This document shows, piece after piece, positions 46,220-55,984 of a stretch of DNA of 64,000 bases. The stretch comes from an uncultured Bacilli bacterium. Its GTDB lineage: Bacteria; Bacillota_I; Bacilli_A; RF39; UBA660. Every line of letters begins with the position of its first letter. Positions within the stretch are counted from its first letter, which is position 1. Both the position numbers and the translations under genes were made by a program. Under the pieces are notes generated by a model that worked only from the letters and a program-made list of their open reading frames with translations, was not told where the DNA came from and did not search any database. The stretch covers positions 29,525 through 93,524 of the forward strand of contig CANRAH010000002.1 of NCBI GenBank assembly GCA_947628565.1, read 5' to 3'.

Positions 46220-49023
46220 TTTAACATTCCCTTCAAAAACTTACCTGTATAGCTTTTTTCATTTTTTGCGACTTCTTCAGGCGTACCAGAAGCAACAATT
46301 TCACCACCATCAGCTCCACCTTCTGGTCCTAAATCAATTATATAATCAGCAACCTTTATAACATCTAAGTTATGTTCTATTACTATTACAGTGTCTTTAT
46401 TATCTACAATTTTATTCAATATGTCAAGTAATTTTTTAATATCATGTGTATGAAGTCCTGTTGTAGGCTCATCTAGTATAAATAAACTTTTTCCTGTAGG
46501 CTTTTTTTGAAGTTCTTTAGCAAGTTTTACACGTCCTGCCTCACCACCTGATAATGTTGGGGCACTTTGACCAAGTTTTATATAAGATAATCCCACATCC
46601 ATCATAACTTGTAATTTTTCTTTTACCTTTGGAATGTTTTTAAAAAATTCTAAAGCCTCTTCAACATTCATTTCTAAAACATCATAAATGCTTTTTCCCT
46701 TATATTTAACCTGCAACGTTTCTCTATTATATCTTGTTCCATGACACACTTCACAAGGAACATATACATCAGGTAAAAAATGCATTTCTATTTTTTTTAC
46801 GCCGTCACCATAACAAGCTTCACATCTACCACCTTTGACATTAAATGAAAATCTACCTTTATCATATCCTCTCATTTTAGCTTCTTTTGTTTCGGCAAAT
46901 ACGTCTCTTATATCATCAAATACTCCTACATAAGTAGCAGGATTACTGCGTGGAGTCCTACCTATTGGTGCTTGTGAAATATCAATTACTTTATCAATGT
47001 TCTCAAGCCCTATTATACTTTTATGTTTACCAGGTTTCATTTTAGATTTATATAAATTAGAGGCTACTGCTTTATATAATATCTCATTAACTAAACTACT
47101 TTTACCACTACCTGATACACCTGTTACACATATAAATTTACCAAGTGGGAATTTAACAGTAATATTTTTTAAATTATTTTCACTAGCTCCTTTAATAGTT
47201 AAAAATTTGCCATTGCCTTTTCTTCTTTTTTCAGGCACATCTATTTTAAGTTTTCCAGATAAATATTTACCAGTTAAACTATTTTCATTATTCATAACCT
47301 CACTTGGAGTTCCTTTTGCAATTACTTCCCCACCATGTATTCCAGCAAGTGGGCCTATATCAACTAAATAATCAGCTGCAAGCATAGTATCAGTATCATG
47401 TTCAACAACTATTAAAGTATTACCTAAATCTCTCATTTCCAAAAGTGAATTTATAAGTCTAGCATTATCTCTTTGATGTAAGCCAATACTAGGTTCATCA
47501 AGCACATACAAAACGCCTGTTAATCTAGAACCAATTTGAGTTGCAAGTCGAATTCTACCTGCTTCTCCACCAGATAAAGTACCAGCCATTCTATCTAATG
47601 TAAGATAGCTAAGTCCCACGTTAATTAAAAACTTAAGTCTATCTTTAATCTCTTTCAATATTAATTCCGCTATACTTTCCTGTTCTTGTGAAAGTTTCAA
47701 ATTATCTAAAAAAGTATATAATTCACCGATTGATAATTTTGTTACTTCATATATATTCTTTTTATTTATTTTTACAGAAAGTACTGATGAATTTAGTCTT
47801 GCACCTTTACAAGTCGTACAAGGAAGTTCCATCATAAATTTATCTAACCAATCTCTAATCCAACCACTTTTAGTTTCTATATAGCGTCTTTCAAGATTAT
47901 TTATAATACCTTCAAAATAATCTGTCGTTTTCCTTGTGTTGCCGTTACTTGCAGTATAATTAAACTCAATTGGTTTATCAGAACCATATAAAATTAAATC
48001 AAGTTCTTCTCTTTTTAAATCTTTAATAGGTTTAGATAAATCAATATTATAAGCCTTAGCTAAAGTTACAATTTGTGTGTATGAAATTGAAGCATCCATA
48101 TTATAAGCAACGATTCCACCATCTAAAATACTTTTACTTTTATCTGGCATAATCAAATCTTCATCAATTTTCTGCTTAAATCCCAATCCATTACAATCAG
48201 GACAAGCCCCATATGGAGCATTAAAACTAAAAAGCCTTGGTTCTAATTCTGGAAGTGAAAAATCACAATCTGGGCATGCATATTTTTCACTCATTATAAT
48301 TTCTTTATCACCTATTACATCTATTACGCATTTTCCTTTTGATAATTTACAAGAAAGCTCTATCGCCTCACTTAATCTTGAACGTATATCTTCCTTTATT
48401 ATTAATCTATCAACTACTACATCAATATTATGTTTCTTATTTTTTTCTAATATTATATCTTCACTTAATTCTCTTTCAGATCCATCTACCCTAATTCTTG
48501 AGTATCCCTCTTTTTTTAAATCTTCTAGTAAATCTTTTTGTGTTCCTTTTTCCCCATGGACAACAGGTGATAATACTCTTATTTTAGTATTTACATCAAG
48601 TTCTAATACTTGATTTGTCATCTCTTCTATACTTTGACTCTTTATTGGCTTATTATGATTAGGACAATATGGTACGCCAATACGAGCAAATAATAACCTC
48701 AAATAATCATATATTTCAGTTACTGTTCCAACAGTACTTCTTGGATTATTATTAGTTGTTTTTTGATCTATACTAATTGATGGGCTTAATCCCTCAATAC
48801 TATCAACATCAGGTTTATCAGTACCTCCTAAAAATTGACGCGCATATGCACTTAAACTTTCAACATATCTTCTTTGACCTTCTTTATATATAGTATCAAA
48901 CGCTAAACTGCTTTTACCACTACCTGATACACCTGTCATTACTATTAATTTATTTTTAGGTAACTCTAAATCAATGTTTTTTAAATTATTTTCACGAGCA
49001 CCTTTAATGATAATTTTATCCAT
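46216..49023 (-). CDS. uvrA: Excinuclease ABC subunit A
   Basis: Two GVSGSGKSS Walker A motifs and zinc modules CPDC...CPDC and C..C...C..C. The start is at MDKIIIKGAREHNLKN-like MDKIIIKGARENNLKN. Confidence 0.95.
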   Translation of the reverse strand: MDKIIIKGARENNLKNIDLELPKNKLIVMTGVSGSGKSSLAFDTIYKEGQRRYVESLSAYARQFLGGTDKPDVDSIEGLSPSISIDQKTTNNNPRSTVGTVTEIYDYLRLLFARIGVPYCPNHNKPIKSQSIEEMTNQVLELDVNTKIRVLSPVVHGEKGTQKDLLEDLKKEGYSRIRVDGSERELSEDIILEKNKKHNIDVVVDRLIIKEDIRSRLSEAIELSCKLSKGKCVIDVIGDKEIIMSEKYACPDCDFSLPELEPRLFSFNAPYGACPDCNGLGFKQKIDEDLIMPDKSKSILDGGIVAYNMDASISYTQIVTLAKAYNIDLSKPIKDLKREELDLILYGSDKPIEFNYTASNGNTRKTTDYFEGIINNLERRYIETKSGWIRDWLDKFMMELPCTTCKGARLNSSVLSVKINKKNIYEVTKLSIGELYTFLDNLKLSQEQESIAELILKEIKDRLKFLINVGLSYLTLDRMAGTLSGGEAGRIRLATQIGSRLTGVLYVLDEPSIGLHQRDNARLINSLLEMRDLGNTLIVVEHDTDTMLAADYLVDIGPLAGIHGGEVIAKGTPSEVMNNENSLTGKYLSGKLKIDVPEKRRKGNGKFLTIKGASENNLKNITVKFPLGKFICVTGVSGSGKSSLVNEILYKAVASNLYKSKMKPGKHKSIIGLENIDKVIDISQAPIGRTPRSNPATYVGVFDDIRDVFAETKEAKMRGYDKGRFSFNVKGGRCEACYGDGVKKIEMHFLPDVYVPCEVCHGTRYNRETLQVKYKGKSIYDVLEMNVEEALEFFKNIPKVKEKLQVMMDVGLSYIKLGQSAPTLSGGEAGRVKLAKELQKKPTGKSLFILDEPTTGLHTHDIKKLLDILNKIVDNKDTVIVIEHNLDVIKVADYIIDLGPEGGADGGEIVASGTPEEVAKNEKSYTGKFLKGMLK

Positions 49024-49063
49024 AAACATCACCAAGCACTATTATAACACTAATTTACAAATT

Positions 49064-49093
49064 AAAAAAGGAAAAGTGATATTAGTCACTTTT
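49064..49093 (-). terminator. Intrinsic terminator upstream of uvrA
   Basis: On the minus strand, AAAAGTGA-ctaata-TCACTTTT is followed by CC and then TTTTTT. Confidence 0.65.
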
Positions 49094-49139
49094 ATTAATT
49101 TTATTGATTTATTAAAAGATCATAAAAAAATAATAGTAT

Positions 49140-49631
49140 TCAAATATTACTATTATATATATCAAATATTTTTTCTTGATAATACGATAAAGCATTTAAA
49201 ACATTTTTTTTGCATTTATATTTCTGTTTAAACAACTCTATTTCGTCTTTATTTAATCTATAAGTAGATACAAATCTTTCTGCTCTTATCTCATCCAAAT
49301 TAAGTCCTAAAGAAATAATTTCATCTCTAGTTAATTTTTTTAATATTTCAATAAGCTTGACACTATACATATCATAATAGCCATAATATTCATCTTTACC
49401 CTCACAAACATCAAGGCTTCCTTTAACTTCACATATATCAATATCATAATCGAATGTATTAAAATATCTAAACGTATCTTCTATATTTTTGCACATATGA
49501 AATCCATTACCATTTAATCCAAACTTTATCACACCAGGCATAAAATAAATTTTGCCTACACTAAATTTCATTCCATAATTATTTATTAAACCTTTATAAA
49601 AAGCTTTATATCCTAATACATCCATATTCAA
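49140..49631 (-). CDS. Hypothetical protein
   Basis: 163 aa. The N-terminal GYKAF...G.KF..GK.Y...G......NGFHMC pattern is seen in some phage/bacterial domains of unknown function. It lies one nt after the CPBP gene. Confidence 0.4.
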   Translation of the reverse strand: MNMDVLGYKAFYKGLINNYGMKFSVGKIYFMPGVIKFGLNGNGFHMCKNIEDTFRYFNTFDYDIDICEVKGSLDVCEGKDEYYGYYDMYSVKLIEILKKLTRDEIISLGLNLDEIRAERFVSTYRLNKDEIELFKQKYKCKKNVLNALSYYQEKIFDIYNSNI

Positions 49632-49632
49632 T

Positions 49633-50364
49633 TTATTCCAATTCTTTTTCTTCTAAAGTTTTATACCCTTTTATAATCTTAATACCTACTGTTATATAAA
49701 ACAAATTACTTATAAAAAATAATAAATAGCATAAATTTGTGGATAATATATGAGTATTTATCGAAAACGTATCAAAATATACAAAAGTATAATTGAATAA
49801 AGTACTACAAAAAATTGGTAGTAAAGCATTTTTTACCTTTCCGTATATTGAAAGTAAAAATAGGCCAAACGAAAATGATGAAATGAATCCTAAAATGATC
49901 ATAATTGCTTCCTCTTTATTAAATATCATATTAATCACATTAGAACAAGAATAAATAAAAGTTAAAAGTAAAGCGCTATTTAAATATAATTTATCCTTTT
50001 TAAATACTTCATAACCTATTACTCTATAATGCATCTCTTCAAATACTACAGTTGTAAAAACGCCTAAAAAGCCACCCATAATTACTCTTATTAAATTGCT
50101 TCTATTAATCTGTGCATAAGACAATCCAAAAGCAAATATTAATGGTATAAGTATTAATAAAAAATATCTAGAAAAAAATTTCCCTGTAAAACATTCAATG
50201 TCATTTTTTATTATTATAACAATTGATGAGGCAATTAAAATTGAATTTACTATAATTGTAAAACCATTTTCTATTTTAAAATACATATCTAAAAGAGTAC
50301 CAATTATCATAGCAATTGTATATATTGCTGTAATAAATACATATTGTAAAATTTTTTTATTCAT
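49633..50364 (-). CDS. CPBP (CAAX/Abi) family intramembrane metalloprotease
   Basis: 243 aa and polytopic, with the EEMHYR (EExxxR) motif. Confidence 0.7.
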   Translation of the reverse strand: MNKKILQYVFITAIYTIAMIIGTLLDMYFKIENGFTIIVNSILIASSIVIIIKNDIECFTGKFFSRYFLLILIPLIFAFGLSYAQINRSNLIRVIMGGFLGVFTTVVFEEMHYRVIGYEVFKKDKLYLNSALLLTFIYSCSNVINMIFNKEEAIMIILGFISSFSFGLFLLSIYGKVKNALLPIFCSTLFNYTFVYFDTFSINTHILSTNLCYLLFFISNLFYITVGIKIIKGYKTLEEKELE

Positions 50365-50408
50365 ACACTCATCCTCATAATTAATTATAGATTACCTTTT
50401 AAAAATTG

Positions 50409-51014
50409 TCAACGACTACTACATATATTTATAAAATATTTGAATAGCTTGCTTTGTTCAAAATCATAATCTATCATATTTTCTGGATGCCATTGAACCC
50501 CTATAAAAAATTTTTTATCTTTTGCTTCTATTGCCTCTATTTTATTATCATTACTGATTCCTACAATACTTAAATTAGTATTTTTAAGTACAGAATTATG
50601 TCTACTATTTACATTTATCTTTTCTTTTTTTAATATTTTAAATAGATGGGATTTTTTATCAATTTTAACACTGTGAGAATAACTCAGCTTATTTTTATGA
50701 TTACTAATATTTTCAAGAGTACCATTAAATGCCATACCCATAATTTGCATTCCAAGGCAAATTCCTAAAACTGGTTTATCTATTTTGTACAAGTAATTTA
50801 TGATATCAATATCATACTCTTCTTTTTCATCTCCACCTTGCAATATAATACCATCACACATATCAATCAAACTCTTATAATTATAACGTGGTACTATACC
50901 TATAGAGAATCCACCATTAACTAAAACAGCCTTCTCTATTGCATCATATATTATATCAATATAATGGCCTTCATCACTTTTCGATTTTCTCGTAATTATA
51001 CCAATAATAGGCAT
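50409..51014 (-). CDS. Class I glutamine amidotransferase-like, peptidase C26 (gamma-glutamyl hydrolase) family
   Basis: GICLGMQ nucleophile elbow and VQWHPE. Confidence 0.75.
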   Translation of the reverse strand: MPIIGIITRKSKSDEGHYIDIIYDAIEKAVLVNGGFSIGIVPRYNYKSLIDMCDGIILQGGDEKEEYDIDIINYLYKIDKPVLGICLGMQIMGMAFNGTLENISNHKNKLSYSHSVKIDKKSHLFKILKKEKINVNSRHNSVLKNTNLSIVGISNDNKIEAIEAKDKKFFIGVQWHPENMIDYDFEQSKLFKYFINICSSR

Positions 51015-51037
51015 ACGTTCACCCTTTATATTTTATT

Positions 51038-51424
51038 TTATTCTTTTACAAGTTTTTTATGACTTCTATCAATCACATCATCTATTTGAATGCCATTAAT
51101 TTCATTAAATATTTTTATAATATTCTTACTCATTAAAAAATTTACATATTCATCTATAGAATCAAAAGTTATACTATTAAATTCATCTTCATACATTCTT
51201 ATAAAAAAAGTTTTATTTAGTTTTACATAATTAACGCTAATATTTAAAGGTTGAATTTTAATACCAATATTACTAATAGCTGATATTAATCCCAAGTAAA
51301 GAGATAAATATTTTTTATTAATATTATTCAAATAAACATTACCAAATTTAATTTTACAATTTAAAATTTCATTATATATACAAACCCCTTCATATAATGC
51401 TTCTTTTATCAATAATTCTTCCAT
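51038..51424 (-). CDS. Hypothetical protein
   Basis: 128-aa ORF with no motif recognised. Confidence 0.4.
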   Translation of the reverse strand: MEELLIKEALYEGVCIYNEILNCKIKFGNVYLNNINKKYLSLYLGLISAISNIGIKIQPLNISVNYVKLNKTFFIRMYEDEFNSITFDSIDEYVNFLMSKNIIKIFNEINGIQIDDVIDRSHKKLVKE

Positions 51425-51504
51425 ATAATTCCTCCAATGTATTTTATATTATTACATAAAAAATGTTAGAAATTTGTCGAAAAAAATATTAAAAAAAAGA
51501 AATT

Positions 51505-52212
51505 TTAATTTCCTTTTATTATTATATATCTATCAAAGCCTTGCAAATCTTTTTTTATTTTAACTTCACAGTTTAAATATTTCAATGCAATTTCTTTAAT
51601 TTTTTCTCCTTGATTATATCCTATTTCAAATAAAATATAATATTTATCTTTAAGATATTTAGAGCAATTTTTCAAAATTTCTTTATAAAAGTATAATCCG
51701 TTATCTTTAGCATATAAAGCAATACTAGGTTCATTATTTTTAACAATATCCATAATATCCTCATCATAACTAATATAAGGTGGATTACTAATGATAACAT
51801 CATATTTACCAGTCAATGGATTAAGCATATCTCCTTCTACAAATTTTATATCAACATTATTTATTTTTGCGTTTTCGCGAGCTAAAGTAATTGCATCACT
51901 TGATATATCAACAGCAGTAACATTTATGTTAGATAATTTCTTTTTTATAGTTATTGCAATGCATCCACTTCCAGTCCCTAAATCAACTAAATCTATATTG
52001 CTATTAGGTAACATTTCAAGTGCAAGTTCAACTAATCCCTCTGTTTCAAAACGAGGTATTAAAACTCTTTTATCCACTTTAATAATATTTCCATAAAAAT
52101 CAACATCACCTACTATATACTGAACTGGTACACCTTGACCTAATTTTTTTAATGCATCATCTATATTACCTTTATAATATTTTTTTAAATAATTAATATC
52201 ATCATTGTTCAA
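51505..52212 (-). CDS. prmC: Release factor glutamine N5-methyltransferase (short N-terminus)
   Basis: PVQYIVG, DLGTGSGCIA and NPPY. It sits directly downstream of prfA. Confidence 0.85.
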   Translation of the reverse strand: MNNDDINYLKKYYKGNIDDALKKLGQGVPVQYIVGDVDFYGNIIKVDKRVLIPRFETEGLVELALEMLPNSNIDLVDLGTGSGCIAITIKKKLSNINVTAVDISSDAITLARENAKINNVDIKFVEGDMLNPLTGKYDVIISNPPYISYDEDIMDIVKNNEPSIALYAKDNGLYFYKEILKNCSKYLKDKYYILFEIGYNQGEKIKEIALKYLNCEVKIKKDLQGFDRYIIIKGN

Positions 52213-52219
52213 ATTAAAA

Positions 52220-53275
52220 CTATTCTCCTTTTAATTTTCTTGCTTGATCTTCAGTTATTAAGGCATTAATTATATCATCTAATTCCCCATCCATAACACG
52301 TGATAATTGCATAGTTGAAAATCCTATTCTATGATCTGTAACCCTATTTTGTGGATAATTATATGTACGAATTTTTTCAGCTCTATCTCCAGTACCTATT
52401 TTATTTTTTCTTTCACTGCCCAATTCTTTTTCCTGTTTTTCTAGTTCCATTTGATAAAGTCTAGATTTTAATACTTCCATAGCCTCAGCCTTATTTTGAA
52501 TTTGACTTCTTTGATTTTGACATGTTACCACAGTATTAGTTGGTATATGAGTAATTCTAACAGCAGATGGTGTTGTATTTACACCTTGTCCTCCATGACC
52601 TGATGCACAATACGTATCAATTCTTAAATCACTATCTTTTATCTCTATATCTATGTCATCTGCTTCTGGCATAACAAGAACAGTAGCTGTTGATGTTTGA
52701 ATTCTTCCTTGTGATTCAGTAGTTGGTACTCTTTGAACTCGATGCGAACCACTCTCATACTTTAATTTTGAATATACATTATCACCTTTAATTTTAAATT
52801 CTACTTGCGAATATCCACCAGATGCGCCTTCTTCAGCATTAAGTTCTTCTACTTTCCATCCATTTTTTTCTGCATAGTATACATACATCCTATATAAATC
52901 TCCAGCAAAAATATTAGCTTCATCGCCCCCTGCTGCACCTCTTATTTCTACTATAACATCTTTTCCGTCATTTGGATCTTTAGGAAGCAACATAATCTCA
53001 AAGTCAGATTCCATCTTTTTCCTTTTTTCTTCATTTATAGTATATTCTTCCTTAGCAAATTCAGCCATTTCTTTATCTTTCATAAGCTCTTTAGCATCGT
53101 TTATATTTGCTAAAACTTTTTTATACTCTTGATAAGCCTCATAATTTTCTTTTAAAGATGCTTGTTCTCTACTTAAAGCTGTTGTCTTTTTTATATCACT
53201 TAAAATTTCTTGCTTACTTAATAAATCAATTATTTCATTATAACGTTTTTCTATATTCTCAAGTCTTTCAATCAT
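52220..53275 (-). CDS. prfA: Peptide chain release factor 1
   Basis: The GGQ motif (SGHGGQGVN) and RVPTTESQGR (RF1-type PxT tripeptide region). Confidence 0.95.
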   Translation of the reverse strand: MIERLENIEKRYNEIIDLLSKQEILSDIKKTTALSREQASLKENYEAYQEYKKVLANINDAKELMKDKEMAEFAKEEYTINEEKRKKMESDFEIMLLPKDPNDGKDVIVEIRGAAGGDEANIFAGDLYRMYVYYAEKNGWKVEELNAEEGASGGYSQVEFKIKGDNVYSKLKYESGSHRVQRVPTTESQGRIQTSTATVLVMPEADDIDIEIKDSDLRIDTYCASGHGGQGVNTTPSAVRITHIPTNTVVTCQNQRSQIQNKAEAMEVLKSRLYQMELEKQEKELGSERKNKIGTGDRAEKIRTYNYPQNRVTDHRIGFSTMQLSRVMDGELDDIINALITEDQARKLKGE

Positions 53276-53356
53276 TGCAATCTCCCTTTCAAAACATATA
53301 AATTATACTATAATTATATTAGATTTTCAAGTTATTAAAACAAATAAAAAAGAAGA

Positions 53357-53821
53357 TTATAATTCTTCATCCATATCTTCTTCATCGACAATTGATAAAT
53401 CATCCATATCATCGTCATCATCTAAATCAACTTCATCATCTGTTATCTCAATGCTGTCCATAGTGTCATTATCATTATTTTCTTCATCATATGATGACTC
53501 ATCATCATCGTCATCATCCTCTATAACATCTTCTTCATCCATATCTTCTTCATCATCTAAAATAATTTCTACTTTATGTTTATCTTTCAAATCCCATTCA
53601 GCATTATCTAGTAAAATAAATCTTTTATCTGTTGTAAGTGATGTATAATAATCACCTATTTTATTTGCATAATCATCACTAGTTAAATCAAGCAAATCAC
53701 ATATAGTTTTAAATATACTAGCAGTATTCATAGATTTCTTATTTTCTTTTATAATTAATTCAGTTAAGTCGGTATAAGAAAGCACCTCTAACTCTTCTTT
53801 TTTCATATCTTTTAATTTCAT
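53357..53821 (-). CDS. rpoE: DNA-directed RNA polymerase delta subunit
   Basis: An N-terminal HARE-HTH-like domain (LSYTDLTELIIKE...DKRFILL...WDLK) plus a long Asp/Glu tail. SD GAGGGAGG lies upstream. Confidence 0.8.
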   Translation of the reverse strand: MKLKDMKKEELEVLSYTDLTELIIKENKKSMNTASIFKTICDLLDLTSDDYANKIGDYYTSLTTDKRFILLDNAEWDLKDKHKVEIILDDEEDMDEEDVIEDDDDDDESSYDEENNDNDTMDSIEITDDEVDLDDDDDMDDLSIVDEEDMDEEL

Positions 53822-53837
53822 AAAATCCTCCCTCAAA

Positions 53838-55535
53838 TTACATTTTTTTTGGTATATCTATTATAAGTAAATTTAACATTTCTTTAATAATTTTATTTGA
53901 AAGGTTTAAAATACTTAACAAGTCATTTAATTTTATTTCATCATCTATATTAGCAATATGATTATTTTGATAGAATGAATTTAAAATTACGCATAAATTA
54001 TAAACATATTCGGCAATATAACTTGGTTTATACTCTTTAAATGCAAGATCTATGCTACTATGTAAATCAAGTATAGCTATTCTTAAATCCCTATCATAAT
54101 TATTATATATGTTATCACTAATTTTATTTATATCAGACGAATATTTTTCTATAATTTTATTAATTCTAAGATACGTATATAAAATATATGGTCCTGTTTT
54201 TCCCTGTGTATCACTAAATTTATTTATATCGAATATATAATCTTTATCTCTACTATTTTGTAAATCTGCAAATTTCAAAATAGAATTTACTATTTTATCT
54301 ATATCAGATAAAGGCATAGTTTTGTTTTCTTCTTTTTTAGATATGAATATATCTCTTACTTCTTTAAACAAATCATCTAATTTTGGTGTATCACCACTTC
54401 TTGTTTTATATGGCTTACCATCTATACCATTTATTGTTCCATTTGGAAGATGTAAAAGTTTAGTGTCTTTAGTTAAATTACTTAACTGACAAACTCTAAA
54501 TACTTGATTGAAATGCATAGACTGTCTTCCATCTGTTATATATAATATGTAATCAGGATTAAAATCTTCCATTCTTTGATAAATTGTTCCTAATTCAGAA
54601 CTATCGTAAAGATATGCACCGTTACTTTTTTCGAATATTAAAGGTGGATAATTAATTTTATCATCTTCATTATTTACAAACACAACTTTAGCACCTTGAC
54701 TATCTTCAAGTAATCCTTTTTTTATTAATAACTCTTTTACTTTAGGTATATAATTATATGCATCACTTTCACCCAACCATAAGTCAAATGAAACATCTAA
54801 ATATTTATAAATTCTTTTAATATCGTTAACTGATATATCGCATATTACCTTCCAATAATCCAAATAATTTTTTTTCTCCTGCACATCCTTAATAATAGCA
54901 GCACATTTATTTTTTAAATCTTCATCTGTTTTTACTTTAGCGCTCATTAAAGGATATACTTTATTTAAATAATCAAGAGTTAAATCTTCTGGATTTACTT
55001 TATCTTCTAAAGCTTTATATATTACTTCTCCAATTGGAAGTCCTATATCTCCTAAATGTACATCAGCTATAGTCTTATGTCCAACATAATTAATTATTCT
55101 TTTTATTGATTCGCCTATTATCGCTGGACGCATATGACCAACGTGAAGAGGCTTTGCAACATTAGGACCACCGTAATCAATTACAAATGTTTTCACTTGT
55201 TCATTTTTTCGAATATTAAATTTATCATTCAATGCCATTTCCTTAAGCATTTTATTTATAAACTTATTACTTAAAGTCATATTAATAAATCCAGGTTTAC
55301 AAAATTCAACTTTTTCAAAGTAATCATTAAAATTTTCAATATTATTTAATGCATCTATTATACTTGTACCTATCTCTATAGGGCTTTTATGATATATTTT
55401 AGATAAACGAAAAACTTCATCACATTGATAATCACATAAATCTAGTCTATTTGATTTAATTACTTTTAAATTTTCATCATAGCCTATTTTTTTAGATACA
55501 TCTGTTATTAAATTACTTAATACATCTAATACCAT
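53838..55535 (-). CDS. argS: Arginine--tRNA ligase
   Basis: 565 aa. It has the class I HVGH motif (KPLHVGHMRP) and the C-terminal DALR-type anticodon-binding domain. Confidence 0.9.
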   Translation of the reverse strand: MVLDVLSNLITDVSKKIGYDENLKVIKSNRLDLCDYQCDEVFRLSKIYHKSPIEIGTSIIDALNNIENFNDYFEKVEFCKPGFINMTLSNKFINKMLKEMALNDKFNIRKNEQVKTFVIDYGGPNVAKPLHVGHMRPAIIGESIKRIINYVGHKTIADVHLGDIGLPIGEVIYKALEDKVNPEDLTLDYLNKVYPLMSAKVKTDEDLKNKCAAIIKDVQEKKNYLDYWKVICDISVNDIKRIYKYLDVSFDLWLGESDAYNYIPKVKELLIKKGLLEDSQGAKVVFVNNEDDKINYPPLIFEKSNGAYLYDSSELGTIYQRMEDFNPDYILYITDGRQSMHFNQVFRVCQLSNLTKDTKLLHLPNGTINGIDGKPYKTRSGDTPKLDDLFKEVRDIFISKKEENKTMPLSDIDKIVNSILKFADLQNSRDKDYIFDINKFSDTQGKTGPYILYTYLRINKIIEKYSSDINKISDNIYNNYDRDLRIAILDLHSSIDLAFKEYKPSYIAEYVYNLCVILNSFYQNNHIANIDDEIKLNDLLSILNLSNKIIKEMLNLLIIDIPKKM

Positions 55536-55536
55536 T

Positions 55537-55887
55537 TTAACCTCCCATATTTAAACTATAGGAAAATTTATTTCCTTCTAATTCATAGTCGATTTTTATT
55601 AAATTATCTTTAATTATTAGCTTTTTGGTTAAAGTTTGTAGATCTAAAATTTTAGATGAATCAAACTGATAAGTTGATTTAGTTAATTTATCTTTTTCAA
55701 ATATTAAATTTATTTCGTAAAATTTGCATACTCTTTTCATTTCTATTCTATTATTTTGAATTACAATGGTTACATTTATATCATTTTCTTTGTAAATTAT
55801 TTTATTATTTTGTTTGATTCCTACTGTTTTTATTGTAATATCATCAATATCCGATAAAATATGCGCTTTTAAACTAATTTTAGACAT
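55537..55887 (-). CDS. DUF1934 (YwiB-like) beta-barrel protein
   Basis: About 116 aa, immediately upstream of argS, as is typical in Firmicutes. Confidence 0.6.
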   Translation of the reverse strand: MSKISLKAHILSDIDDITIKTVGIKQNNKIIYKENDINVTIVIQNNRIEMKRVCKFYEINLIFEKDKLTKSTYQFDSSKILDLQTLTKKLIIKDNLIKIDYELEGNKFSYSLNMGG

Positions 55888-55984
55888 AATATCAACTCCC
55901 AAACATTATAGCATACTTTTTTTACTTTTGCACTCATATTTTTATATTTTTTTCTAATACTAAAGATAGAAAGTGTGTGAGAGT

